In this document: positions 26,001 through 39,485 of the stretch, one piece after another
Layout of the letters: the number at the start of each line of letters is the position of its first letter
How positions within the stretch are numbered: position 1 is the first letter of the stretch
DNA from: Yuukianura sp. NJ FZ-2021
Taxonomy: Eukaryota
Assembly: GCA_046563655.1 (NCBI GenBank)
Contig: CM102286.1
Span: 14,632,001-14,696,000 of the forward strand
DNA: 64,000 nucleotides
Reading direction: 5' to 3'
Program-made: the position numbers and the translations under genes
The notes under the pieces: generated by a model
What the model was told of the DNA's origin: nothing
The model's input: the letters and a program-made list of their open reading frames with translations, nothing else
Databases searched by the model: none

Positions 26001-29000
26001 ACGTGATGAACAAAAGGAGTTTGTTCTTGTGGCTCCACTTGAACATGACAAGAACCAAGTTCAACTTCTTGTAGCTGTCAATCATCTGCCCTCGGCCATC
26101 TCAAACAAACTTCAATTTCATGTTTTCACTTCCAGAATCATTCCCCCGCCAAACTTTGAATTTAAAAAGATGGAACAAGTTTTAAAAAATGTTTGTTTTC
26201 AGATGGTCCAGGCAATCCAAGTCTTACGATTTCATCTGCTAGAGTTAGAAAAGGTAAAACATTTTCTGAAATTTTGAAAATTCCCAACCATTTCTGAAAT
26301 TTTGAAAATTCCCCCCTGTGGGAGGGGGTGAGAATGCTGGGTGGGGAGGGTGCTGTCAACTGCAGGTGAAGGAGGGAGCTCTCTTTTCAAACATTTTGTG
26401 GTTCTCTTCTGGTGTTTTCAAAAACTTGAAAGTTGAGGGTCGTCGGGGGAAGGGAGCAGAAAAGCCCATTGTGTCCATTGTCACAAACTGGTGTTATGTT
26501 GGGAGCAACTCCAAATGTCGTAGACGAAATGTCGCCTACGACATCCACTTTCACACAAAATGTCGCCTACGACATCCATTCTTACACAAAATGTCGCCTA
26601 CGACATCCACTTTCACACTAAAGTTGGCATTAGGAGACTTTTCAGCAATTTCGCTTTTAATTAATTTCAAACAGAAATTTCTGTAAACTGTTTGCGTTTC
26701 CATCATTAGACTCTGAAAATATTTGAACAGTTTGCACACCCTCCGAAATACCCGCCAGATCTTTTAATCCGAAAATAAACGAAGGGAAGAATAAAGCTTA
26801 GGAAGTCGCTCCATCCTTGATTAAAACCATTAATCACTCCACCAAAATTCCAAAACCATTTCAAAATTATTTTCAAAAACTAAAATTTTGAATTTCGAAA
26901 TTTCAGGTGCACGAGCTGTGTGACAACTTCTGTCACCGCTACATCAGTTGTTTGAAGGGGAAGATGCCGATTGACCTCGTGATTGACGAGAGAGACGGCA
27001 GCAAGTCAGAGTTGACCGGGAACGGAGACGCCCGCTCCTTCGACTCCGTTTCTCTCAAGGACGAATCCAGCACTCCCGACCCCGTAAGTTTATTATTATT
27101 ATTTATTTTATTTATTATTTTATTTATTTATATTTTATTTAACAAAGTGAAGAAAAAGTTCAGAAAGAGGAAGAGGTTTGGTGTTTCGTGCACTCGAACA
27201 GAATCAAATTTCTGTTTTTGGGAAATGTGAGCCCGGGGGGAAACAAAAGTGGACGATCATTGGCCACATCACGCGATACTCCGCAGATACATTTGTACTT
27301 GCCATTACAACACTCAAACACTCTAACATTTCAAATTCCGCGGGCAAAGACTGCGGGCGGTGGTCGCCGTGCTAATTGCGGATGGAGTGATTGCGTTAAT
27401 TACTCTTAAGAATCCAATCAACATCCAACAGCATCCAGCATCAGATTTAGTTGGAGGCAGAATTTGAAATCAAGCAGAATGCATCCCCCATTCGAAGATG
27501 AAAAGATTAGACGGATTAGTCCAACATCCATCGCATCTCACTAATGGAACGAAGGGAAAAGTCTGTTCAAACCCTGTTTGAAATTTAAAACAACATTTTG
27601 AAAAAGTGCGTAGAGGAGGATGGATTTGTGCTGCGCAACAGATGAGGTTGACTTCGTTTATGACTTTGGAATCCCTGGAGGGAGTCTCATAAGACACATC
27701 CAGAGATCAAGGATCTACGTGACGACATGGCAGCAGCACAGAAATTGAATCTCCCGCGTCTTTTCGAATTTCAATCCAAAGACTAATGAAAAACGAACGG
27801 AATTCTAATGGCCTCGCATTCCTTCTTCCCCTACAAAAACATTCGAAACAAGGAGATTATTAGCGTTTAGCAAAATGCCCGGCAATCCGATTCCCAAAGT
27901 CACAAAATCAAAATCCCCCGCCGAGAGACACAAAAAGCACAAAAGCGGATTTGGGAATTCACCCTCTTTCGGATCTCCCGAATTCAAAAACTCCCGCCTC
28001 GAGGTCAGTCGCAGAAAAGAGGAAAAAGTGAATGTTTTACGACCAGAAGCACCTCGTTTGCGGATCTTCAAACTCCCATTGTCCCTCCAAATGAGCGCCA
28101 ACTTCAAAAACTTTGAAACTTTTTGAATGTTGAGCAAGAGTTTTTGGAGGGTTGAAATTGGACCTTGGCGGGCGATTCAAAATCTCATTCAAAAAACAAG
28201 GAAATTGCATTTCATGAGCAACTGCACCCTCGTCACCCTCCGAACATTTGAATCTTCCATCTCATTACACTCCACACTCTCAGAATTATTCAAATTCAAA
28301 ATCAAAAGGCGGCAAAATCCACTCTCTTTTGAAATGCATTGAATGTGTCCCCACTGACCACTGAATCACGATCGAACGGAGAAAGTGAGATGAGGGCGGG
28401 AGATTCAGTTGGCTGAGATGGATGTGACCTTTGACCTTCCATTTCAAAAGTTCCAGAAAAAGTCCATTTGGAGAAGAAAAGACTTGGAAAGGAAGATAAA
28501 TGCCCGCCATTTCCGTTTATCAGGAAAAAGCTTTCGGAATGAGTAAAAATCCGCCTCTTGCAGCATCCCCGCTTTCGCATCTTCTAATTAAATCCAACAT
28601 CTCGACATGATTAATGGGGAGGGGAGTTCAAATCCCCCGCTCTCCAGCCATCCAATCACATTTCAAAAAAAAAGAATTTCATTTCTTCAAATTCACAAAG
28701 TATCACTTTCAAGACTACAACAGACATGAAATTTCAAAATTACGAACAATTTTGAAACATTTCGCCTGGAGAAACGCAGAGAAGTGTCTGATTGGGAAAA
28801 TTGAATTTGCCGCTTTCCGTGTGAAGTGGATTTGGAAAGTTCCCGCTTCGAGGCTTCTGATTTCTGGAAGCAAATTGAGCTTGGCTGTGCTAATTCAATC
28901 GCTCGCTTTGTCTTTTAATCCACTCGACGCTCGAATTTCGTTAAAAGTTCCCGCCAAATTGCATTAAATTTCATCCCCCAAACACATCCGAATGGATTTC

Positions 29001-32000
29001 CATTGTTGCTCTTTTGGATCCATTCTCCGCCTGCAGCATGGATGTCGGGGGATCGAATCCCACTCCAGTTCACTTTTTTTTCAAGAAAGAAGTTGATATT
29101 CGCAGTGACATCAGCAGAATCCACCGGAACATGACGATCCATTTCCACAGTCGCCTTTGAATGTTAAAAAACTTTTGAAAACTGCCGCGTGAATTCAATT
29201 TCAAAATTTCAGCCAAGTCATCGTTTCTCAGAAAATGCAACAAAAACCACACGCGACTGCTTCCTCATGAAATTCAAATGGACGAATCATGCGCTGAATT
29301 AATTTCAAAAAATCCACCCTTCAATGTTAATTTTTTTGAACTTTTGTTTGAATTTTGAAAACAAAAGCATTGTGATGATTGTTGTTTGGGCGGAACCGTT
29401 TTGACAGCCTTGTTGAAAAAAGTGGAATTTTGTTAATTGGGAGAATGACAAAAACCACCCACAAATTACGAAAAAACGAACACAAAAGCCCACTTTTGTC
29501 TTTTTAAATTACAGGACTCTGCTGAGTGGGAAATTAAACGGTGCGGAGGGCGGGAAAAAACTTTTCAAAAAGAACTTTACGATTTCGTGGGAGAAGTTTT
29601 TAATTTTCATTTTTAATAACATATTTTATTTTATATTCACAGAGACCCCCTTCCTCCTCTCTGTCTTACACGGGGCCAGTAAATGACGATGTGAGGTCAC
29701 CTCTGTCCGGTGGGACTCCGGGCCCACTGAGCCACCCACCAAACTCCCACCACAGCAACGACAACCACTCTGACGCAGGTAACACTTTTAACTTTTAACT
29801 TTTGAATTTCCCGGGACTTTTTAAAAGTGATGAAATCGGAGCCAAGTGGAGGGAACTTTTGTTTTTGTTTCTGGCAAACAGACTCTCAAATTCAAAAATA
29901 GAAAAGCGAGGGAGATTTTGAAGTTTGAATTGACAGAGGCTGCTTATGGCTCAATCGAAGGAATTGCTTTTTCTGTTTGTTTTTCTTGTGGTTGGATCTC
30001 ATTTTAGAGGCATCTGGCAGCCAAGGGCACGCAAGGGCCCCCTCCCTCCAAGCATCTCTTGTTGCTAAGGGCCCCCTCCCTCCAAGCATCTCTTGTTGCT
30101 AGGCAACAATCTTGGATTTCCATTTGATTTACGAGACTTCTTACGAGGAACCATAAATTAAAACCACCATAAAACTAACAGACTTCTCACGTCAACTCCA
30201 CACGAATGCAAAAATCTCAAAAAGTGCATTAAAAAACTAACCTTCCGCAAAAGTGCACGAGTCTAAACTGTCACTTTTTGTTACTTTTCGAAAGCAAAGG
30301 ACAAAAAATAGAAAAGTTGGACTGTGGAATGTCGTCTGTTCTATTTCTGTTTGTCATCTGGATTCTCCCTTTGGAATTTCAACTGCCAACGTCAATCACC
30401 TCCACAGAAACACAAATTCCAAAATGAAAAAACATTTCCGGTGGAAGACGCTGTTCAAAATACTTCAAAAGTCAAACATCTTCCCGCCCCTCCCAAAACT
30501 ACAGCGATATTTTTGAACTTTTTCATTTTTGATAAAAAGTTTTTGAAAAATCTCCCTCCTCGGAAACAAAAGGAAAAATTTCATTGTCTTCTTCAGAGAC
30601 TCTGATCAGTTTCTTAATGGATTTTAATGGAAGTGAGACGAAGAGTGAAACCTCGTTATGGAAATACAACAATTTCCATCTCAATGCAAGATCCATTTCA
30701 ACACAAACAAAATTAAACACAAAAGGAAAAGTTCAAAAACTGGTTTTCGAAAAAACATTTCCGACTTTTATGAACTTCTGGAGAAACTCCCCCAGGAATT
30801 TTTGAATCATGAGATTTACACGATTGTTTTGACATTTTCAAAATTTCAAACCGTGTTTATATTTTTGAAAAGTGGAGAGTGGGAAATTTCAACTTGAAAG
30901 TCACAAGCTTATTTGTTGGCTGCGAGTACTTGAAGGGCCCTTGGCCAAAGAGGGCCCTTGACACTCCCGACAAATTCAAACAACGAAAGACAAAGACCAG
31001 ATTCAACTCACAAATTGAACCACTCACGAACATCCGCTTGGAAACAGACGCAGTGCGGTGGGTCATGCGCAGAATCAACCAAACTTCAAATTGAATCCAG
31101 GCGTGTCTCTTGATCTGCGTGTTTTCGTCTCGTTTGTGAGTGACACTCTAATGGGGGATTGATGACATCTTAAGCAGAAGACAATGAGAGTCACATGACA
31201 TGTCAACAACAGTTCCCGCCCATTTCAAAATTCAAAAATTCAAACACACGCCAACTCCCGCAATTCCAAAATTCAATGGCGACTGCACCTCCATTTCCTT
31301 CGTCTTTTGTGTCTTGGATTTGCGTCTAATTGGACAGAAGAGGAAAACTTCCTTTGAATTTGAGTTTCCCGGGGCGACGCTTTTCTTGACTGGATGCTTG
31401 GCACATGCGCAGAAGAACACAATAGAACTCTGATTGGATCCTTACGCTCAGACGCAGCATTTTTCTGCATAATGAACAAGAGACGAACTTCATCATGCGA
31501 TTGTTCTCAAATTCCTTTGTCCCGCCCAATTCAAAACAAGCACAGAAATATGGATCCTATTATCCGCTATTCCTATTAATAGACAGCATCTTTACGCTAG
31601 TCACGTCTAATCCTCTGATTCAGAAGAAAAAGTCAGATGCTCATCAGAGTTATCAGAGGAATCGAAAACCAAAAGGAGTTCCCACACCCGAAAACACTCA
31701 TTTAGTCACAAGCACCTTTTAAACACTTCCGCCCTTTTTCTCAACTCGCCCCGAAAGAAATCGATGATCGTAATTTTGAAAAAGTGCTTCTTCCGCAATT
31801 GAATTTCAGAAAATAGACAGCATTTTCCCCAGAGAGGAAATTTCAAAAGAGAGAAGAGGGGAAAAGTGACCATCAAAATTCGGTCGAGTGGATTGGGACC
31901 ATTTGTCTCTCTGTTTCTGTCCAAACCGACCACACTCTGCTCCACTTCTGCGCATTTGCATTCTGCTCACAGCGTTCAAAGCTCCCGGGCTTTTGAAAGT

Positions 32001-35000
32001 GAAGAAATTGGTGGTTGGAGGTTCAAATTGAACAAAAAAGAGATCTGCGGAGGGTCAGAAGCCCATTAAGCGAAATTGGTCTTAAACGCAGATCCATTAG
32101 AAGCAATTGACTCGGAATCTCAGGGGAGAACATCGCATGTTGTGGCGGGAATTCAAAAACACAACTCAGGTACAAAGTCAAGTGAAACACAGGTCAACGC
32201 GTGTCATTTGGCCACTTCCCGGGATTTGACTCACAAAAATCGGATTTGTGGTTTTCACTCGTGCATTTTGCATTTGGAAATTGTTGGCAGATGGAGAAAT
32301 CCAATTTGAATTTCCCCCTCCGAAAACATTTTGAAATGGACAGTTGTTTTTTCATTTCCCAGGAGAGCAGAGGTCATCAGACGAACATTTTTAATTCCCG
32401 TTCATTGGACAGGAAACAGAGTTTTGGTTGTAATCTTTTTGGATTGTGCGAGTGACAGGTCACGTGACAGTGCGAGTCGCCTCTACGCGGGCGACTTGTC
32501 ACTTCCACACACGTCGCTCTCAGTCTTTTGAATTTCAAAAAAGCGGGAGACGGAAGGGTGCCAGAATCGGATTTCGGTTTTTGTGGAATGGTCCAATCGA
32601 TCCGAATTTCTTTTGTTTTGAACAACCGCAGCAGAAAACAAAAGACGAGATCCGATTGGTCGGTTTTTGTTTCCGGGCGATTGATCGACAGACACTGAAG
32701 GGAGTATTTGAAATTGAAGTTTCCCGGGAAAGAATAAAAGCAACCAAGCGAACTCAGCTGAAAATCGAAATTCAAACTCTTGCAGATTTTCTAAAAAGTT
32801 CTTTTTTTTTTGTTTCAGGAAGCAAGCGTGGATCTCGTTCTGGCGGTTTTGACGTTCAGCAGACAAATCACTCGCGACATTCCTGGGTTCCCTCCTCTCC
32901 GTTTCCATACAGTAAGTCTAATGGCCACTCTCGTCTTTTGCCTTTTGAATTTGGCAAAAATCCAAAAGAAAAAAATCTCAAACCGCCCCTTGCCGGGGAA
33001 TTTGAAATTCCCTCGACTGCCAAACTCTGCTAAAAGCACAAAACAGCTTCTGCAGCTCCGGAATTCGGAAAAAGCCAAGATTAGCTCCTGGAAGTTTGTC
33101 GTTTTTCAGAGGATCAAAAGCACTCGAGTCTCTTAACGGCCAAAAAAATTCAAAAATTCCCGCGTGCACGAGACAGAAAAGTTTCCAGGATTTATGAAAG
33201 TCCACTTGATCCCAGACACACAAAAATCTTTTATGGGCGGAGATTCGGGGGGAAAAGTTTCAAAAACTTTTCACTTTTTTCCTTTTCTTCTATTTTTTTT
33301 TTATCTTGAAATCATTTTATTTTTGGAACAAATGTTTTCGAAATTTGAACAAAGTGGGATTAGTTCTTTTGTCTTTTTCTCAGAATCTTCTTTTTTATTT
33401 CCCTCAAAATGTTTTTTTAATGGACTTGTTAATGGCGGTTTTTTTGTGCTTGGGAGTGGAAACGACTTTCCGTGAATCTCGTTATTCCGCCCCAACGAAT
33501 TTCAAAAAGAAAAAACTCCCGCCTCCACCTAACGACACTTTGATTGTTTGGACGCAAGTCTTAAAATTTTGACTTGATTTTTGCCGTTTTGCTGTGGTTT
33601 TTGACTAATCTTTTGCCGTTGTTTGCTCTTATGGGTCCAGGTGATGCGAGCAATGCAAGCATAGGAAGCGGAGATGGGACGGGCGACGACGACGAAGATT
33701 CCAACGGCAAGAAAAACCAAAAGAAACGCGGAATCTTCCCGAAAGTGGCCACGAACATCCTGAGGGCGTGGCTATTCCAGCATCTCACGGTAAGTACTGC
33801 TCCAGCACATTTCAGTACTGGCAGTATTTCGAACATAAGCACATTTCAGTACTGGCAGTATTTTGAACAGTGTTTCGGAAGTAGTTTTTGTTTCCGGTCG
33901 AGTCGATTTGACTCAAGTTGAAGTTTGCCACAAAAGTTCGGATGGTTCCGAGCCATTAGTGGGAAAGTGGCTGCTGAGTCAGAATTGAGTCCAGAATGCC
34001 CGGATTCGGTTGAATGACTGGACGGAGATAAAACATTTCACTCTCAAAGATAAGCACAAAATACCCGCATTCCGTTTTTATGCTTTCAAATCTCCCGAAT
34101 TTATTTTTGACAAAGTCAAATACAAATTGAACTCAAAAGCTCAAGCCACATAAGCAACTGATTTTTGATTTCCGTTGCTAAATATACTTTTGAAAAAAAA
34201 ATCATTTGACGATTAACTTTTTCATGAAAATTTGAACTCCGTTTTTCGATTTCGAATGAACAAATTACTAGAACGGAGGAATTTGGAAACTGAGCGTTAA
34301 AATAATTTTGCTTTTTAAAATAAAGTTACAACTTTTTCATTTGACTTTTTGCGTTTTCATGAAAATTGTGTTTAGAGTGAAAGTCGTTTTTCGTCGTTTG
34401 AGACTTCCGAGTCATTTCTCGTCATGTGAAACCAAGTGAGGAAATGAAACAGGAAATGAAGAACATTTGCCCAGTGGAACATTTCTCCATTTCCCCCAAA
34501 AGTCAAATGCACTTGCACAGACGCAGCAAACAGAAATTTAGTCTCACTTGGAAGCAAAGTTGAAACGATTAACAGAAAAGCAGAAATTAATTTAAACTGA
34601 ACTTTGTGTTTGGCCCCCTGCAGAGTTCAGTTTCAAAAGTAGAGATTTGCATGGAAATGCGTTGTGCGCATCCCTCCTGCGCAGAGTCGTCGTTTGGTTG
34701 ATCTCGTCCTCCAGACGCACATTTGAGTGCAAGTCAACCAATTTCCAGAAGATCCAACGACGTCGTTTGCGTCTCCCTCCGCCATCAATCGTCGTAATGA
34801 ACTTCGGGGGACTCCTACAGAAGTCCAATTTCAATTTCCACAAAAGTCACTTTTGAATTTTACATGAAAGTTCCCGCTCTTTTGACTATGCATGAGACAC
34901 ACTTGACATTTGACATGGAACCAACTGAGACACGGCAACTTTTGACATTTTTCGAAATTTCGAAAAGAAAATGTCCAGAGTTGACACTTTTTCTGGAAAT

Positions 35001-38000
35001 TGAGAGAGTGAGTGATGCGTCCATTTGACTTTCTCCATTTCACGATGTAATTAATCCACAGTTCGAAAGAGAGAAAGTCGGAAAAGCACTCGACAAAAAA
35101 AGTGGAAGGAGACGCCATTAATCCTCGGAATTGGCGACAGCCCATTCCAACACAAAAAAACATTCTGCAGAAGCAACGAAAAACTCCACACAAAACTTCT
35201 TAGAAAACGACACTCAGGGGAAGAGACACGAAAATTAACAGGCAAAAAATTGTCTCTAAAATTACCCGCGAAAATCACAACCCACAAAACATTTTCTAAA
35301 CACAAGCAAACTATTTTTAGAAAAAGAAACTGAAAGTCACGTGTTAAAAAGCAGACTTTTATGAAGTTTCACTTTTTATGATTTGCGGTTGTCGTGATTT
35401 GAAATGGACCATCCAACAGACACTCCCAGCATTTCAGTGCCACTAAAAGACACTTTCCTCGTCATTTCTTTTTTTACGACGGAAACACAAAAGAGGAATT
35501 CCGGAAGGAAGAAACTTCCATCCTGAAATTGGCAATAACAAAAGTGAATTGTGGCAATTTCTGCCACTGCGCAAAGTTAAGAGTGGCTTCGGATCATGTC
35601 GGTTGAAAGTCAGCTCGATTTGTACTTTGGACATCGCGTGCCGAAGTGCCACGCCTTCTGTGTCGTCCTTGTTAGCACAAACTCCCTACTTAACGACCTG
35701 TCATCAGAACTACAATTTGCTCAAATCAAAAGTCGCTCTCCGCCCACACACGCAGCGAACGGCGACTGGCGACGACGTCGCCTCAAGGTTGGAAAATCAC
35801 ATAAAATAATTTCTGCTTTTGTTTGAATTTGCAGCATCCGTATCCATCAGAGGATCAAAAGAAACAACTCGCCCAAGACACGGGACTCACCATTCTGCAA
35901 GTCAACAACTGGTGAGTAATTTCAAAATTTCAAAATTCCCGCCCTTTTCCTTTGAATTTCGAAACTAAGCTTACGATCGTAAGAGGGAGAGATTAAGTCA
36001 AAAGAAACGACGCACAGGGGACTCATTTTCCCCTGAAATTACCGAGGATTGAGCCATTAGGAACTTTCACTTTTAATTGGACTGACCAACACAATTCAAA
36101 CTTTCCCTCCAGAAGTTAGTTGGATGGTCACATGATTTAGTGGGGAGGGGAGCAATGAGGAGATTAGAAAGTGTTTCAGTCTCTTTTGAGAAGACGCTGA
36201 TTGATCGCTGCTCCAGGAAACGCTCAGATCCACCCCAAAATGAGTGCGCAGAGAGAAGATTTTGCGGCTGAAGGGCGGATTCCTCCGAGGAATCTGAAAG
36301 ATGCGCCCCAATTTAAAAAACAGAAGCCACACACGTCGCTTTTTTAATTTTAACGAAGCGGAATTCAAACGAAACACACAAAGATCAGATGAAATCAGCG
36401 ATGAAATTCAATCCAACACAAAACACACACGGTGGCCTTCGTTAAAAATTCAAAAGAGCTTTTCATCCATCAACCCACGTGACACTTCTTGTCAATTAAT
36501 TTTTGATTTTAACATTTCAGCAGAAAGTTTGAATTCTTTGACCATTGGACAATCAAGCATGTTTGAACACAGAACGTGTCTCTTTTTGTATTCTAAAAAA
36601 GTAAAACAATTTTCAAACTTTAGGTTAACAAAAGAAAGTGAGTCATTGTATGCATAATTCAGAGAATCTGAAGCTCTTTTGTCATTTTGAAAAACACTTT
36701 CACCTTTCACTCGAATTTGGACGCACTTTGGATAATTCGACGAAAGTTTCTTCGTCTTTTGTTGAGCAGATCGATCGGAAGGAGGATTTTGATTAGGGAA
36801 ATTCAGCAGAAAGCATTCAGGCCATGTTCACAATAACAATGTTAACCTAATGTGTTTATCCATGTAATTTACACTACACAAACAACATACACTGTGCATT
36901 TCACATGTCGTAGCAAAAGATCCAAGTAAAGTGGAGGTCAAAGGTCACAGGAGAGACGCAATTAAGTTAATCGATTTCCATACTTTCAAATCTCCCGCTG
37001 AGAAGCAGACTCCACAAAACGCCGCCAAAGCAGAACATAAATTTGAAATTGCTAAACGCCCAGTTCATACCTTTAAAAAAATTCGTTTGTTTAGAAAATG
37101 TTTTGGTGAGAATGTTGATGAAGAAAGTCAATTAGATTTGAATCGATAAGGCACTTTGCCGCCATTTTGAAACTCACAACTCCCCTTCTCACTTGACAGG
37201 CTCATTTTTCAAAGGGCCCACAAAAAGGCTTCCCACTTCCATTAGCTCCGTAAAAAGAAGAAAAGTGTCTCACTTTCCCCCGGGGAAAGTCGGAGACAAT
37301 TCGGCGGGAAAATGGAAATTCAAATGAAGTCCACATGTGAAAGTCTCCCAGGAAATCAAAAGAATTAAACGCCTTGATTTACGACACAATCCCACTTTTC
37401 TTATCAACTCACGTCCAGCAGCCTTTCAAATTTTGAGCGGGAGGGTGTGAATTGAGTTTGAATTTTCATAAAGTCCCGCCGAATTGATGGGGGCAGCAGA
37501 TGACGCAAAGTGGGGAGAGCAAAGGTCATTCGCATCCCGCAGCAGCTTGGCTTAATGCTCACTTTCATCTAATTGGCCATCCGAATTCTGCCGCCACGCT
37601 CAAAGTGGACGTGCAACGGCTGGGAATTGGTCAATTCACACTTTTAACACTGACCAATCACAAATCAAAGAAAGTGAAAGCAAAGTTTGAAATTCCCACA
37701 CTTCTGCTTTGCATTTGGGTGGCATTGAGTCATTGTCGTTGACTTTTGCTCCCCTCCGCCCTGAAATGGAAAATACCCGGGTGATTATGGGAGATTGTGA
37801 TCCGATAGTGAAATTGGAGTTTCCCGCTTTCTCCTGAAACGAGGATGGTAATGGGCTGAAGACGCCGATTCAAATTTCCTGTTTACTTTCACTTCAAATT
37901 CTCCCGCTCAAACCATTCATCTCGCAAGGTATTGGCCATAAACACAATCCCACACGCGCCAAATTCACACTTTCCACATTCAAGTAATTCCGAAATGGAT

Positions 38001-39485
38001 CCATCCACAAATTGGATTCTGCCGCAACACGCAACTTTTTCTAGAAAATTACAAATTGAAATTTCCTGAGATGCCTCTGTGCATTTATGAGTTGAAGTTA
38101 ATTTATTTTCTTATCACTTTCAAACCTTCCGCCTAATTCCACAAACATTACAAAATCACACGTTCAAAAATTCTGGAAGCGACGATGCTTAAATTTTGAA
38201 TTTCATTTTTGAATTTCAGGTTCATAAATGCGAGGAGGCGAATAGTTCAGCCACTGATCGACCAGTCAAACAGAGCAGGAGGAGCCGGTAAAAAACCAAC
38301 ACAAACATTTTTGAATTTTGCCGCTTTTAGCTTCTGTTTGAATGAGAGTGTGATTGACATTGTGAAACAAAATCCCACCAACATTCGGTTCGTTAGAAAA
38401 GAAACGGAAGGAGCATCTGATACTTGTGATATCACTCGCTTTCTCCATTCAAGAAACAAGATACTTCTTCTGTGGTTTCCCGCCAGAGGGAGAAAGGCGG
38501 GAGTTTTAATTAGGACTCATTTGTCACTCTAATGGAAAAACCTCCGTGAATTCACTGGAATCACTTTCTCTTTTCCTAATTACAAACAAAGAGAAAGTCC
38601 CCGGAGAAGGAAAACAAGAATTGGATTTCAGAATTGGATTTTTGTGCTTCGGAATCCACCAATTACTTTCCCCCCTTCGATCCGAATTCGGATTGTTTTG
38701 AAAGAGTCCCTTCTGCTCTCTGGATTTTGTGGAATTGGTTCCAGCGGGAGAAACTGAAAAAGCGGGAGATTCAAAAGTTGGATGAAATTCGCATCTTATC
38801 GTCCTGCCCTCATCAATCACTTGGTTCCTGTCACTTTCAAAGGAGCTTTTCTGCGGTGGCTCAAAAACTCCCGCTCCACTGCTCTTCCATCCACTCTTTT
38901 CTCCCGGGAATTTCAAATGATCTTCGCACGAAGGAGGTTCCAGAGTGCTAATTGTCTCATTACCAACACTTCCACTCTCTCCTGGATTAAAATCAAATGA
39001 AAACTTTCCCCTGAAACTTCCATTTTCTAAAATTTTGAATTTCCCTCCATTTCCTAAAAGATTGAGAAATGTGTCCGGAGGGTGCCATGCATCTTCTCCC
39101 TCAACTTTCCAATCGGAAAATCCCTCCTTCTCGTCCATTCCACTGGACTTTTGGTTTGAATGGATTGTGGATTATGGATTGTGGAATGCTTGCAGTTGCT
39201 TCCCTGAGTCACGTNNNNNNNNNNNNNNNNNNNNNNNNNNNNNNNNNNNNNNNNNNNNNNNNNNNNNNNNNNNNNNNNNNNNNNNNNNNNNNNNNNNNNN
39301 NNNNNNNNNNNNNNGAGTCACGTGGTGTAATTTGTACAGTGTTTCCCCCCACGGTAGGTGGGGCGTACTCCCCAGAGGGGTCCATGGGGTACATGATGGA
39401 TGGGCAGCAAATGGTCCATAGGCCTGATGCAGCTTTCCATGGAGATGGCTACTACACTCCACAGTATTATCCACACCATCTCTAG
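20041..39485 (+). CDS. hth: Homothorax / Meis TALE homeodomain transcription factor, copy A (complete)
   Basis: Exons 20041-20055 (MSQPR), 22081-22289, 22364-22505, 25306-25356, 26203-26253, 26907-27083, 29643-29778, [32819-32911], 33641-33789, 35835-35911, 38220-38287 and 39340-39485. They encode the HM domain ([56 protein letters not shown]) and a TALE homeodomain ([29 protein letters not shown]...[15 protein letters not shown]). The protein ends [14 protein letters not shown]. Confidence 0.97.
23453..23557. promoter_or_regulatory. Candidate intronic enhancer: Exd/Pbx-Hox and Pbx-Meis site cluster
   Basis: TGATTTACGAC at 23453, AGATTTACGAC at 23477 and CTGTCAATCA (reverse complement TGATTGACAG) at 23548. 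Confidence 0.5.
25926..26084. promoter_or_regulatory. Second candidate intronic enhancer with the same motif pair
   Basis: TGATTTACGAC at 25926 and CTGTCAATCA at 26075. Confidence 0.45.
26528..26620. repeat. 31-bp tandem repeat, 3 copies (2 copies in the mirror arm, ~59065-59125)
   Basis: Unit AAATGTCGCCTACGACATCCACTTTCACACA. Confidence 0.85.
32819..32911 (+). CDS. hth: Putative frame-preserving 93-nt cassette exon of hth (mirror copy at 52754-52846, minus strand)
   Basis: Poly-pyrimidine TTTCAG acceptor and GTAAGT donor, phase 1-1, no stop codon ([31 protein letters not shown]). Lies between the HM domain and the homeodomain. Confidence 0.6.
33805..33870. repeat. Tandem repeat of about 33 bp just after an hth splice donor, 2 copies (3 copies in the mirror arm, ~51762-51861)
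   Basis: Unit AGCACATTTCAGTACTGGCAGTATTTCGAACATA. Confidence 0.8.
39215..39314. other. Assembly gap of 100 N (placeholder)
   Basis: Both flanks carry GAGTCACGT, and the paralogous site near 46550-46572 is contiguous. The true gap is therefore probably zero or a small overlap. Confidence 0.95.

Larger units (their letters stand above)
21634..39452 (+). repeat. Left arm of a giant inverted repeat (pairs with 46430-64000)
   Basis: The reverse complement of the window end matches from 21634. All hth exons and introns are mirrored, and many ORFs in the track are duplicated on the opposite strand. Confidence 0.97.

Noticed and set aside
27084..27230. Read-through of hth exon 6 into a hydrophobic plus basic tail ([16 protein letters not shown]...KKKFRKRKR), resembling a membrane-anchored homeodomain-less isoform
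   Set aside because: The hydrophobic stretch is a TTA/TTTA microsatellite after a strong GTAAGT donor, and the downstream reading differs between the two arms.
38524..39138. 204-aa ORF conserved in both arms (also 46635-47243), and similar paired intronic ORFs
   Set aside because: Apparent conservation is just arm identity. There are no domain features and indels shift the ends between copies.
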